In this document: one piece after another, positions 28,458 through 38,067 of the stretch
Numbering within the stretch: the stretch's first letter is position 1
Layout: every line of letters begins with the position of its first letter
Source of the DNA: Methanocella sp.
GTDB taxonomy: Archaea > Thermoproteota > Bathyarchaeia > Bathyarchaeales > Bathycorpusculaceae
NCBI GenBank assembly: GCA_050261115.1
Contig: JBLNCY010000046.1
Coordinates: 1 to 64,000 of the forward strand
Reading direction: 5' to 3'
DNA: 64,000 nucleotides
Position numbers and translations under genes: made by a program
The notes under the pieces: model-generated
What the model was told of the DNA's origin: nothing
Database searches by the model: none
What the model saw: the letters and a program-made list of their open reading frames with translations, nothing else

Positions 28458-29044
28458 TTATTGCGGTGTGGGTGCAGCGTTATTTTTTCGCAGCCCAGAA
28501 ACCACCAATGAAACACCCAGCGCAAAAAGAACAACGCCGCCAATAAGGACGCCTGCCCTTAAGTACAAGTTAGGCACCAACCGAGTAGTCACAAGCATAC
28601 GGTGCTGTTGAGGCACCTGCCAACTCCTCGTAGCCATAATGATAACGTCCTTAGCGGCGTCGTCGGAGGTGTTGTTGAAGACAAAGCTGTAATTCCCGCT
28701 CCGAGGAACAGTCCAACTAAGGGTCACTGTGGAGGTGTCTTTGTATGAATGATAAACCTGCACACCGTCAGTTATGATAAAGTCTATGGTGCCGCCAACA
28801 GACCAATTTGAATTGGGCTCTGTGATAGCTCCATTAATAGTCACGGTATCGTTTTGGTTCAAAGTCACCGTATAGGTTGCGGTGTCTAATGCTTGTATTT
28901 CGAGAGCCTTGTTAAGCACAAGCTCCGATTGGGGAACAGAGTCAACGGTAAGATTAACCCACTCAGACACAGAAACACCGAAGCACCAACAAGCCCAACC
29001 CCAGCTAACAATAGAACAATACCAAAGACAAGCGCTCTATTCAT
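28458..29044 (-). pseudogene. membrane protein with a GOLD-like beta domain, frameshifted after the N-terminal TM
   Basis: ATG 29044 with GGTGGT RBS encodes MNRALVFGIVLLLAGVGLVGASVF; the body ORF (GTG 28970; ...SGNYSFVFNN...TM) starts 74 nt later, so one base is missing. Confidence 0.65.
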
Positions 29045-29125
29045 ACCACCGATTTAAGAAGAAGGGTATAAGAGCTTTTTGCAAACAAACGCTTTCAGAA
29101 AAAAGAAAGAGAGGGTTATCCTTTT

Positions 29126-31789
29126 TTATGGACGTTTCTTGATTGTTACTACAATTATGGCTGTGGCGATTGCAACGGCTATTATTATGGCGACTGCTGC
29201 GCCTGCAACGTACATCATAATTGGTTCTTGCTGAGCAACAGGCTGCGGCGTTGGGGTTGCTGGTGGCGGCGCCACGTACATATATGTGGTGTCTGTTGAG
29301 CCCCAGTATGATTTGGTTCCTCTAAAGGTTGCAGTGATATGGTATGTGCCGGGAATATCGGGAGTTGTAAAGATGAATCCATAGTTGCCGTTGGCGTCTG
29401 TTTGTGTGGTTCCTAGCGTGACAAAATTATTATTTGGATCAACAGCTGTGAAGATAACTTCCACCCCCTCAAGCTGTGTGGGTCTTGGCTTTTGCATATA
29501 AACGTAGTTCATCCATTCATCCATGTAATCGTCGGAGATGCACGGAAGGCCATTGGGGAATCTTGCACTTTGCTCAGCTTGAGTTGCACCGATGGATTTG
29601 TCCATGACTGTTCCAGTTATTGTAACGGCCTCTCCTGCAGTTATCTGTGTTTGAGGAGCTGTAACAGATGTTGCTGAAGGCCCACGACCGATATTGTAAA
29701 TTTTTCCATCGTAGAAGTTCAGGTAGATTAGTTGATTAGCATATGCAGCCATTGGTTGAGTTTCTGTTTGTACGCTATCGATTTTCCAAAGCAGACTTCC
29801 GTCAGTAGCGTTAAGTGCCCATATCTTGCCGCCAAGCCAGGTTGGATTATTTGGGCTATGTTCATTTGCGCCCATATAGATGGCATCAGCGGTTATTGTG
29901 TAGTAGCTGTATGAACCGTCGATTGGCCACGTTCCATAGGCTGTGTTTTCACCTGCGTTTCCAACAAAGTATTTCCAAACAAGTTTTCCTGTGAGTGGGT
30001 CAAAGCAATGCATAGTTCCGTCATAGCCACCCGCGTATATTTTGCCGTTGGCAATTTGTATGTTGTTAGATGCTCCTGTGAATGCTGCAAATGCGTTTTC
30101 AAATGGCTCTGTCGAACATATTTTTTGGCCTGTCAGTGCGTTATAGACATCTATAGATAAGTTTTGGTGAGGATAAATTACGAAGATGGGTGTTCCATCA
30201 TTGGCATAGCCAGCGGTTTCAACCCTTTCATAGGATCCTCCATCAATAAATATAGTGACGTTTTTTGGTCCCCAGAGGACTTGTGCGGATTGACTGCCAG
30301 TTGTAGCTTGTATAGCACCTAAACCTTGTGTATTGTATGGGGCTGATGTGTATTGGTTTGGTTTAATGCTAAATGCCGTTAGTTGTATCATTGCATCAGT
30401 AGTGTTAGTTGCACTGATTGCTCGTGAAGTAATTAGAATATCGTTTGGAAGAGTTCCGCCTGTAAAGCTACCAGAATTTTTAGGTATTGTAATGTTCCAT
30501 TGGTACCCTAGTGAAAAGTTGTAAGTTCCTTTGGGAACTACATATACAACGTTTGGATCATAGTCCCAGTTGTTACCCCAACCTGTCATTTTAGCCACGG
30601 CACACTCGAAAAATGTAGAGTTCCAACAAGTTAACCAACCGTTCGCACTGTTTATGTTATAGACCAATAGTTCTCCATTGGGACCGAATGTGATGCGCCC
30701 GCCTGAAGCGGCTCCCGTGATTGTTTGAACCAGATCACCTGTTAATGGGTCATATATGCGCCATTCTGTTCCTGCGGTATTCCATAAGTATAGATAAGTT
30801 GCTTGAGCCATTGTTGATGTACCAAAGTACAAGTTTTGCGCTAATGTTAGGCTATCGTTATAAGCGGTTTGCTTCCAGAGAATTTGATTGGTAGTTAGGT
30901 CAATTGCCGCGAAGCCTTCTTTTTGAGCTCCTCCGCCAGCGGCCGTGGTACCTCCAACCGGATAATATTGTGGCAGGTTTGTGTACATTACGCCATTTGC
31001 TATGTACGGTGAAAAGTATTGGTCGCTACCACCTGGCCATCGTCCGAATTGATATTGTTGCCCTTGATTTTCTCCTCCTACTAAACCTCCGTTGGTCCAT
31101 TCCCTTGACCATAATATGTGTGATGTGTACGGTCCTTCTGTATATGGGTTGTAAGCGTTTTGAACGCCTGGTTCAGCGAATCTTCCTGCGAGCCATCCAC
31201 CCGAGAAGCGGTGCCATTGCTCATTTTGGCCTTCAATTGGGAATGTCCAATATTCCTCTGGTAGTGGGTACCATATTCTAGGAACTATTTTTGAGGAGTC
31301 ATCTGTTACTTCAAAGGTTATAGGTGTGCTAGTTGAGGGTTTATACACTACTCCGGCACTGGGTCCTGAAGGTATAGTTTCTCCCGCATAACTTGCTGAT
31401 ACGGTGTAGTTGCCTACCTTTGAGGGTGTAAATTTGTAGGTGCCTGCTCCTGCATAAGATGTCTGAAGGTCTGTTATGTTCTCTACATTTCCGTCAGGAT
31501 GTGTTATGGTTAACGTAACACCACTCCACCAGAAGAAACGGGGTGTAGAGGTTGGATAAACAGAAGGCGGGACGTTTGCAATGATGTAAGTTATGTAAAC
31601 ACTATTGCCCACGAGTTGAGGATTGGGTGCAGCAGCAACATGGATATAGGTGGAGTGATTATAACGGTCGTCTGCTTGTGTAGCTGGTGATATAGCGGTT
31701 AGCAATAAGGCTCCAAATAGCAAAAAAACCATTGGAATAAATAATTTTCTTGTCGCTGACTTTAACCTAATTATTATATTGTTCTCCAT
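29126..31789 (-). CDS. secreted, membrane-anchored PQQ-like beta-propeller protein (paralogue 3, more divergent)
   Basis: EYWTFPIE, HILWS, EHS, GRGPS and RFPNG motifs; PT linker, TM, KKRP tail. Confidence 0.88.
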   Translation of the reverse strand: MENNIIIRLKSATRKLFIPMVFLLFGALLLTAISPATQADDRYNHSTYIHVAAAPNPQLVGNSVYITYIIANVPPSVYPTSTPRFFWWSGVTLTITHPDGNVENITDLQTSYAGAGTYKFTPSKVGNYTVSASYAGETIPSGPSAGVVYKPSTSTPITFEVTDDSSKIVPRIWYPLPEEYWTFPIEGQNEQWHRFSGGWLAGRFAEPGVQNAYNPYTEGPYTSHILWSREWTNGGLVGGENQGQQYQFGRWPGGSDQYFSPYIANGVMYTNLPQYYPVGGTTAAGGGAQKEGFAAIDLTTNQILWKQTAYNDSLTLAQNLYFGTSTMAQATYLYLWNTAGTEWRIYDPLTGDLVQTITGAASGGRITFGPNGELLVYNINSANGWLTCWNSTFFECAVAKMTGWGNNWDYDPNVVYVVPKGTYNFSLGYQWNITIPKNSGSFTGGTLPNDILITSRAISATNTTDAMIQLTAFSIKPNQYTSAPYNTQGLGAIQATTGSQSAQVLWGPKNVTIFIDGGSYERVETAGYANDGTPIFVIYPHQNLSIDVYNALTGQKICSTEPFENAFAAFTGASNNIQIANGKIYAGGYDGTMHCFDPLTGKLVWKYFVGNAGENTAYGTWPIDGSYSYYTITADAIYMGANEHSPNNPTWLGGKIWALNATDGSLLWKIDSVQTETQPMAAYANQLIYLNFYDGKIYNIGRGPSATSVTAPQTQITAGEAVTITGTVMDKSIGATQAEQSARFPNGLPCISDDYMDEWMNYVYMQKPRPTQLEGVEVIFTAVDPNNNFVTLGTTQTDANGNYGFIFTTPDIPGTYHITATFRGTKSYWGSTDTTYMYVAPPPATPTPQPVAQQEPIMMYVAGAAVAIIIAVAIATAIIVVTIKKRP

Positions 31790-31827
31790 AAGTAAATTCC
31801 ATCCTTAGACTTTGGATTTAAAGCGAT

Positions 31828-31848
31828 GTTGGTGGAGTTTCAACCAAC
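31828..31848. promoter_or_regulatory. palindromic operator GTTGGT-N9-ACCAAC upstream of propeller gene 3
   Basis: TGGT-N9-ACCA core (31830-31846) 7 nt upstream of TTTAAAT on the minus strand; same core as 12083-12099. Confidence 0.6.
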
Positions 31849-32063
31849 TCAGCGAATGTTTTAGCGACCCTAAAGGTTAAGCAACACCCGTTTGCTTATA
31901 CAAATCATTACACAAACTATAGCGCCCCAAGTTATTATGAGGTCATTATTAGAAATCTAGGATGAGTATGCCTAAAACCCTCAAATGAGTTATTGCCCTA
32001 TCTATCGGCCAAAGCTCCGTCTTTTTAGTACCGTCAGTTCATTGTAGTAGTTAATTGGGAATT

Positions 32064-32370
32064 GGGCTGGTGTGTTGGCAGTAACCCGCCTTTTGTTGTT
32101 TGTGGCATTCGGCTAATCGGGCTACCCGCGCCTTCCGGCAGATTCTTCATCGGCGTCTGTTTGCCCTTTCCACTTGCAGGACGGCCGTTTCACCGTTTCC
32201 ATTCCAGCGGACTCTGCATCACTAATGCGTCATGGCCATTTCTGGGTGGACGTTTCGTTTCTGCTCCGTTGCCAGACCTCTCGGTCTGTCCCAGGGGGAC
32301 TGCAATTCTGCGTGTGGGCGGAGTTTCCTCACCCCAGAGGGGCGACAGCCACGCACCAACTCACCAGCCC
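32064..32370 (-). ncRNA. rnpB: archaeal RNase P RNA
   Basis: Terminal P1 helix GGGCUGGUG/CACCAGCCC; CR-I GAGGAAACUCC; ...GCAGAAAC...GGUGAAACGG...; CR-V AACAAAAGGCGGGUUA. Confidence 0.95.
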
Positions 32371-32648
32371 ATACCGTGATTCTGCGGCGTGGGCAATAAA
32401 GCTAGCCGCATCACGCAGCCCAAAAACAGGAAAACCACAGGAGCCGCAGACAAACCGACAATAACCGCATTCCAACCCAAAACAACTGCGCAGTCCACCA
32501 ACCAACCATCCCGGCAACCACACAGCCCCATCAACAAAAAACCAACAAGCACCCAGCCATACACGAGCGCCACCTACAGCCGCTGAGTCTATAAGGAAGG
32601 GGGTCTCTGCGAGAGCAACAGAAGAAGCCAAAGAAAAGAAAGAGAGGG

Positions 32649-34661
32649 TTAAGCTAGGTTTACGGCGCCGATTGCAGAGAGGTCGCTTAGGCTGTTGAGG
32701 CTTATTTGGGAGTTCGATACGGTGTAGAGGACATCACCGATGTAGAGCGCGCGGCTGATCCATTGGTTTTGGGTGGTGTAGTAGAGGGTGGGGTCTTTGA
32801 GGTAGCCATCAGCATCCAACAGTGCCGGGTCTAGGTGTGTTACGGTGCCTTTGAGGGTAAAGTCTGCTTCAGTTACGGTGTAGACGTAGGCGCCCTGCCA
32901 AACAGTCTGGCCATACACAAAGCTTCTAGGCTGGTCTTGCATGTTCTCGCTGACTACAGCGTAGCTTATGGGAACCACCAGCAGATTCTTGGCTCTGTCA
33001 AAGAGGAACGCCTTGGGATTATACAGCGCCTCCGAATCAGAACCTCGATCGCCAATTGTAACCGACGCAACCTCTAGCGGGTGCACCACGTCACCTACAT
33101 CAAAGAGTGATAGCTTCAAACCCAAAAAGTACGCTGTCTCGCCTTCTTCGACGGCGTCTTTGCCCAGCCCGATTAGGTGTGTATCATCATAGGGGTGGAG
33201 GTAGTCGGAGTAGCCGGGGATCTTGAGTTCCCCAAGCAGGCGCGGGTTTGTGGGGTCGCTTAGGTCGATGACGAAAAGCGGATCAGTAGTCTTGAAGGTG
33301 ACTAGATAGCAGCGGTTGCCCATGAAGCGGGTGGCATGCAGGTTCTCGTTTGGCGCCAACCCCTCCAGTTTCCCAGCCACCGACAAGTCGGGGTTGAGGA
33401 CGTAGACGTTGCTGATCTGGTTTTCGCCAAACCAGTTGGTCGCTACCCGGAAGTACCCGTTATACTCGTCCATGGCGTACTGGTTGAGGGTGTAGCCTGG
33501 AACGCTACCCTGAGCAGCCAAACTCAACTCTAAGCCGTTGATTGCCACGCGATAGATGGCGGTGTACTGGCCGCTATTCTGGTCCCAACCCGCATAAGTA
33601 ACATAGATGTTACTGGGAGAGACGTACATTGCGCTTGCGCCGCCCATGAGCACTGTCATGTTGGTTGCGGCTTGGGTGTCGTTTTGGATGTTTAGGCCGT
33701 AGAAGCTTGTGAAGCTGTAGCTGGTGTCATTCATGTCAGCATAGTAAACTGATGAAGGCGACACGCTATAAGCCTCATCGTCTTCGTAGGCGACTGGAAG
33801 TGAGACCCTGCCGCCGTTGACCCAGGCGGTTTGGCTAACGACAGCATAGACGTTATCGCCGATCATGCGCGAGTTGAAGTAGCTTCCGCTCAAAGTCAAG
33901 TTTCGAGCCAACCCTGGCGAGGCCTTGTTGGAGATGTCATAGACGTAGAGGAAGGTGTAGACGTCAGCTTGGTAGCTGGGCATGATCATAAGATCGGGTC
34001 CGCCATGGTCGCTGTAGGGGTGGTATTGGTATTTGCTTGCAATAACCATCAGGCGGTTGCTATCAGAGCTTAGGAATAATCCTGCGGGCACAATGTTACC
34101 ATCCATTGTGATTTTTGAAACCACGTTGGCATTCGTTGGGTTTGCGTCCACTATATAGACAGCGTTATCCGATGCTGTGCTGCCCCCGTTGGTGTCGGTT
34201 AACCAGTAGGTGGACTGCTTGTTAGAGATGGTATAGATGTATTGGCCGTCTGTTTTTATGGTGTCTGCTTCGTCGACGCCTTGAACTTGGATGTTAGTAG
34301 TAGAATACGCTCCTTCTGGCCGCGCCCAGTATTCCTGGGGCGGGGGTAGGCTGTTTGCGGTGCCACGTACAGCATCGCCCATCGCTTGAGGAGCGGGGGT
34401 TGGGGTTCTTGTACCGAAGAATTTGCTATCCAAGGGTCCGCCATAGTAGTTTGAGGCGTAGCCATTGTTGTTAGTGTTGAGGTAGTTTACTAGTTCTTGG
34501 TTGTTTGCAAAAGTTTTCATGCCTGCCACGGAGGGTGACTGTGAAGGGAAAACGATTGGAACGGTTCCTACGATGTATACTGTGCCGACTAGGATGATTG
34601 CTAGGAGCACTGCGGTTGCTCCGTAGATGCTTGTTTTCTTCTTGACCTCTCTTTGTACCAT
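32649..34661 (-). CDS. secreted beta-propeller domain protein (Beta_propel/COG4880-like)
   Basis: YSTTNIQV.GVDEAD.IKTDG, LNQYAMDEY.G.FRVAT, DPLFVIDL, GELKIPGYSDYLHP. Confidence 0.92.
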   Translation of the reverse strand: MVQREVKKKTSIYGATAVLLAIILVGTVYIVGTVPIVFPSQSPSVAGMKTFANNQELVNYLNTNNNGYASNYYGGPLDSKFFGTRTPTPAPQAMGDAVRGTANSLPPPQEYWARPEGAYSTTNIQVQGVDEADTIKTDGQYIYTISNKQSTYWLTDTNGGSTASDNAVYIVDANPTNANVVSKITMDGNIVPAGLFLSSDSNRLMVIASKYQYHPYSDHGGPDLMIMPSYQADVYTFLYVYDISNKASPGLARNLTLSGSYFNSRMIGDNVYAVVSQTAWVNGGRVSLPVAYEDDEAYSVSPSSVYYADMNDTSYSFTSFYGLNIQNDTQAATNMTVLMGGASAMYVSPSNIYVTYAGWDQNSGQYTAIYRVAINGLELSLAAQGSVPGYTLNQYAMDEYNGYFRVATNWFGENQISNVYVLNPDLSVAGKLEGLAPNENLHATRFMGNRCYLVTFKTTDPLFVIDLSDPTNPRLLGELKIPGYSDYLHPYDDTHLIGLGKDAVEEGETAYFLGLKLSLFDVGDVVHPLEVASVTIGDRGSDSEALYNPKAFLFDRAKNLLVVPISYAVVSENMQDQPRSFVYGQTVWQGAYVYTVTEADFTLKGTVTHLDPALLDADGYLKDPTLYYTTQNQWISRALYIGDVLYTVSNSQISLNSLSDLSAIGAVNLA

Positions 34662-34735
34662 TACACCTATTCTCCTACCATTGTTACGGTATGTGTTTAT
34701 TTTATGCTAAGCCCTCGAACGAGGTGTTCTACTTT

Positions 34736-35182
34736 TTAGAATGGCCTCATACCCCAAAAACGATAAGCCTCATACCAAAAAACTGCGCAGACAATGGCGC
34801 CGAAGAGTATTATGAAGACGTTGTCCCGAGTGAAGCTATGCACCATCAACGCCAAATACAACCCGTAAAACAGGGTGGAGAAGAGTGCATAGAAGAAATA
34901 TCTTGGAAACAGCAGCTTGCCCAGCTTAACGTAGTGCTTAAGCACGCCGATTTTTACTTGTCCGACCAGCTGGTAGTGTCCGCCGACTTCTTGCTTCTCA
35001 ACCAAACCCAACTCACGTAGCTGCTCGAGGTGGTGAAAGGCGATGCTTGGGCTACTAAAATGCAGGGCACGTTGAACTTCCCGCACACCCACCGGCTGCC
35101 CATTCTTGAGGAGTAACCAGTAAACCTTCCAGGCTTTGCCGCGCAAGGCGTATTCTAGCTCTGTCTCGTTGTCTAGGTTCAA
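34736..35182 (-). CDS. membrane-bound transcription factor (wHTH plus 2 TM)
   Basis: LRGKAWKVY..LL...GVREVQRAL.FSSPS.A.HHL..L; C-terminal TMs; start taken as TTG 35182 (uncertain). Confidence 0.8.
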   Translation of the reverse strand: MNLDNETELEYALRGKAWKVYWLLLKNGQPVGVREVQRALHFSSPSIAFHHLEQLRELGLVEKQEVGGHYQLVGQVKIGVLKHYVKLGKLLFPRYFFYALFSTLFYGLYLALMVHSFTRDNVFIILFGAIVCAVFWYEAYRFWGMRPF

Positions 35183-35530
35183 TCTGTAGCTGCCCTCGGA
35201 AGAAGTAACAATGCTGGAACATATAAGTCCAGTCATTAGAACAGGCGCCGAAGCGCTTGATAGAAGCAAAAGAGGTGGCAGAGTTTTGAAGTTGGGGTTA
35301 ATGACCTGCGTGGGTGAAGAGTATGCACATGCCACATTTTGGGCATTGATGATAGACTAAGCGGCCAGCCTTGTCATGCTGCGGTTTCATTTCAACGTAG
35401 CATTCGGGGCAAAGCCGGGGTGGATCCATAGAGGTCATAACTACTGTTAGTTTGTGTTTGTGATATTAACGTTTACCCCAAAAACACCTATGCTAATAAT
35501 TGGAAGTCTAAAAAATTTGGGGATTGAGGT

Positions 35531-36187
35531 TTACTCAATCTGGCTTTTGGCTCTTTCTTGACTACCAGGCATTCCTGGGGGAAGGTCGGGGAAGTTGGCG
35601 CTGATTTTCTGCTCTGCAACCACGGCTGCTTCGGATAAGATTTTGGCTGCGTCTTCGTTGACGTTGTCAAAGTTTAGTGACATGCCGCTTGTGCTGCCTG
35701 CCTCAAACATTAAGCCGCTGAGCATGTTGCCGATGTCGCCTAATTCGCCTTCTGCTTCGGGGAGTACTCCGCCTAAGCCGCTGCTGACGCTTCGTAGAAC
35801 GCCGATGCAGGGGCCGAGGGTTGCGACGACGTCGCCTAGTTCGGTTACTGTTCTTATGCGTAGGGCCACTTGGTCAAGTGCTAGGCGTGCGTTCATGATG
35901 AGTCTGCTCATTTTTCTGATTTCGGCTAGTTCGGTGGCGTAGATGTTGGCGTGGGCTTGGTCATGTTTTGTGTATGCGTCGACTAGCTTGGCGAATAGGG
36001 CTTTGTCTTTTTGTGTGAATCGCTCGTTGGCTTGGTCGAGCTTGTTGATTTGGAGTTCAAGTTTTCTGGTTGCGGCATCTAGGGCGGGTTTTAGTGGGGG
36101 TGGAGCCTTGAGGGTGTTTTTGAGGGATGTTGCAAGCGAGTCTCCTTGGGGTTTAGCTTCCCATTTTTTTGCAAAACGTTCAGACAT
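35531..36187 (-). CDS. cdvB: ESCRT-III/Snf7 protein, short CdvB1/2-like
   Basis: Coiled coil with A.IYA.ELAEIRK...LALDQV.LR..T..ELGD...E.A.KIL.EA; C-terminal FPDLP MIM2-like motif; no C-terminal wHTH. Confidence 0.9.
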   Translation of the reverse strand: MSERFAKKWEAKPQGDSLATSLKNTLKAPPPLKPALDAATRKLELQINKLDQANERFTQKDKALFAKLVDAYTKHDQAHANIYATELAEIRKMSRLIMNARLALDQVALRIRTVTELGDVVATLGPCIGVLRSVSSGLGGVLPEAEGELGDIGNMLSGLMFEAGSTSGMSLNFDNVNEDAAKILSEAAVVAEQKISANFPDLPPGMPGSQERAKSQIE

Positions 36188-36504
36188 AGTTAGAATCCTC
36201 TCGATAGGCGATACAGCGCAAGGCGCTTTTATCTGTTGCTAACATGGCGGTATATACGTTGAAAAACTGGCTCAACTCGCAAACGCCACATAGAGGTTTG
36301 GGTAGGTTGAATACGGTCGTGGGGTGTCTGTTGCTCTCACACTAGACCCCCGCCCTTATATATAGAACCAACCGCAGGGGATGGCTGGTGCCTGCCTGGG
36401 CGGTTGCTAGGTCTTGGAACTGACGGCTATGTGATTGTGGGCGAGGTTAATCTTGCCCTGTACAACTGCCTCCAGAGTTAAAACGGCGCCTGTTTGTGTC
36501 CACG

Positions 36505-37443
36505 TTAGTATCTGTGGAATCTGCGGCGCTTCTTGGGTTTAGGCTTACGCAACCGCTCCCCACACTTCAAACAGTACGCAACCCCATTAGAAACCGGGAG
36601 ACTCGAACCCTCAGGCCAGAAATGCCGGTTCCTACACACCAAGTCGAAATCAAAGCTCTGTGTTTCATAGTCCTCGGGGTGGGCAAGTATGTCTTGCTTT
36701 AGGGATACGTTGCTTTGGATGATTTCATGCGGAGGATATTCTGGGGCGGGCGTTATGGGTTTGGCTGGCGCTGCAGGTTGAGGCAGAGTGATAACTGGCT
36801 TGATTTGGGTAGCAACAGGTGGAGGCGAGATGGCTTGTTGGGTGCTTGGGGCGGGGGCTGGCTTTGCTATGGAGATTACTGGGGCAGGCGGGGGTGTATG
36901 GATGGGTTTGGGCTGAACGGCAGGTGGAGCTGAAACGACCGGTTTGGGATGATACAGAGGTTTAGGCGCAGTGGAGAGGACGGTTTGGGCTGCTTCTAGT
37001 CCCGCGATGGGTCGGGCGTTGGCAAGTGTGAAGCGTGCAGCGGGCTTTGTGGGGGCTGCCTTTTTGGGTTTTACGATGTGCTTTGAGGAGAGAGCAGGCT
37101 TGGGTTGCTCTGCTGGTTTGGGCGGGGTTGCCACTTTAAAGGGGGCTGCCGCAGCTTTTAGTACATCAATTCGACTAGATGGAGCCGCGGCTGCTTTTTG
37201 AGTAACCGGCGCCTTGGCGGGCACAAATGCCTTGGCTGGGCTATCTACAATCACCTTGATGGTGACTGGCGACACCTCAGGAATTATAGCTCTTGCTATC
37301 TTTTTGTTTCCGCCTGTAGGGTATAGGCGCCCGCTTACGATACGTTTAGTGTTTATTATTGGTGCAGTAGTTGAGGTTCCACAGTCAGTGCATACTTCAC
37401 TGTACTCGACAAGCCTGCGTCCACATTTTCGGCAGAACGGCAT
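36505..37443 (-). CDS. double Zn-ribbon protein with a long Pro/Ala-rich linker
   Basis: N-terminal FCRKCG...CTDCG; C-terminal CRNRH...YCLKCG; basic tail. Confidence 0.8.
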   Translation of the reverse strand: MPFCRKCGRRLVEYSEVCTDCGTSTTAPIINTKRIVSGRLYPTGGNKKIARAIIPEVSPVTIKVIVDSPAKAFVPAKAPVTQKAAAAPSSRIDVLKAAAAPFKVATPPKPAEQPKPALSSKHIVKPKKAAPTKPAARFTLANARPIAGLEAAQTVLSTAPKPLYHPKPVVSAPPAVQPKPIHTPPPAPVISIAKPAPAPSTQQAISPPPVATQIKPVITLPQPAAPAKPITPAPEYPPHEIIQSNVSLKQDILAHPEDYETQSFDFDLVCRNRHFWPEGSSLPVSNGVAYCLKCGERLRKPKPKKRRRFHRY

Positions 37444-37554
37444 AGGTTCACGCTAACTTTTAGGGAAACTACTACTTTGAAGGCTTTAAAAATAGCGCCT
37501 AAAAACAGTGGTTTTACCTGAATGTTTAAAGGCGCTTGTGGAGGTTTCTGTTCT

Positions 37555-37618
37555 GGGTGGGCGATGACGAGTCTGGCCCCGCAGACGCAAGGATGATGTG
37601 GATCTTGAGTGCGACATA
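37555..37618 (+). ncRNA. candidate box C/D guide sRNA
   Basis: C AUGACGA (37564), 11-nt guide, D' CAGA, C' AUGAUGU, 11-nt guide, weak D GCGA; TTTAAAG ~30 nt upstream; both guides complement one tRNA-Leu(CAA)-like stretch. Confidence 0.5.
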
Positions 37619-38067
37619 GTATAGATGACAAGTTTCAGGCTTGACCTGAGCTATACAGATGAAATACTAACCAAGAGCCCACCTTAAAATCTAGCTTGCG
37701 CTTTCCACTTATTCTTTTGCGTAGCGTAAGGCTATATAACACTTGATAGTGAAAGCAATATTACCATTGTAACAATGCCAGCAATATTTAGAAGGTCTGA
37801 TATCGGCTGGTAGGTTGTAACTTGCTGGTTAATCCACCAGTTTAAAGAGCCACGATAGGCCCATTGGTCAGATTCCGATAAAGTACCCGAGCTTTCGCCC
37901 CTAAGCACCATGTGCGAAAACCATGGTTAAGATTGATTACCACTTTTTAGCTGCAAATAGATCACAAAAACCCGAGTTGTGGTTGTTGCTTTGCAAGCAC
38001 CAATCCTAAAATCAGTAAACACTATTCTCCAATTTAGGCTAAGCCGATGTTTTGGAGGTGAATTTTT

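Noticed and set aside
32062-32631. Several overlapping short ORFs
   Set aside because: They overlap the GC-rich RNase P RNA and its low-complexity upstream region
37735-37911. ~59-codon minus-strand frame (MVLRGE...GSLNWW...TM)
   Set aside because: It may be a membrane-protein remnant, but it is too short and unrecognisable to call
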